NCBI GenBank assembly: GCA_038087875.1
Contig: JAXLNO010000354.1
Span: 1 to 48,366, forward strand
DNA length: 48,366 nucleotides
DNA from: Malacoraja senta
Taxonomy: Eukaryota
Direction: 5' to 3'
Shown here: piece after piece, positions 48,181 through 48,366 of the stretch
How the letters are laid out: every line of letters starts with the position of its first letter
Numbering within the stretch: the first letter of the stretch is position 1
The notes under the pieces: model-generated
Told to the model about the DNA's origin: nothing
Seen by the model: only the letters and a program-made list of their open reading frames with translations
The model's database searches: none
Position numbers and translations under genes: made by a program

Positions 48181-48366
48181 ATTTATAAACACAATAATAG
48201 CCAATAATATTATAGGAAACATGAAGCATTTATTTCAATTTTATAGTATTTGCGGAAGACAGAAAGCGACAGTAACTCAGTAGGTCAGGCAGCATCCCTG
48301 GAGGAAAGGAATAGGTGACGCTTTGGGTCGCGACCCTTCTTCAGGTCTGAAGTCTCTTTGGCATTT

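Overview
Eukaryotic, repeat-rich vertebrate DNA. The repeat content (HE1-type V-SINEs with their CR1 partner LINEs) points to a cartilaginous fish, probably a skate or ray. The only host gene I can support is the first coding exon of RALGAPA2 (minus strand, 15230-15335), with a CpG-island promoter at about 15340-15730. Positions 1-15229 are presumably intron 1 and the rest is upstream intergenic DNA. Most of the window is a nested mosaic of mobile elements: CR1 LINE fragments, one nearly intact 5'-truncated L2 LINE and a CORE-SINE sharing its tail, Rex1/Babar fragments, HE1 SINEs, Penelope-like (PLE) fragments and a pogo/Tigger-like MITE. Two things stand out. (1) There are at least 15 short, often palindromic PLE-derived insertions carrying a minimal hammerhead-ribozyme-like core (CTGAAGA-A-GGGTC.TC.GACCC-GAAA-CG-TC), several with 13-16 bp target-site duplications. 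(2) There is a PIF/Harbinger family sharing the terminus AGGGCCTGTCCCACTT: one internally deleted two-gene element (transposase plus MADF/Myb remnants), two complete MITEs and one truncated end, with phased subterminal CGAC(C/T) motifs. Repeat boundaries were read by eye and are approximate unless stated; no database searches were run.
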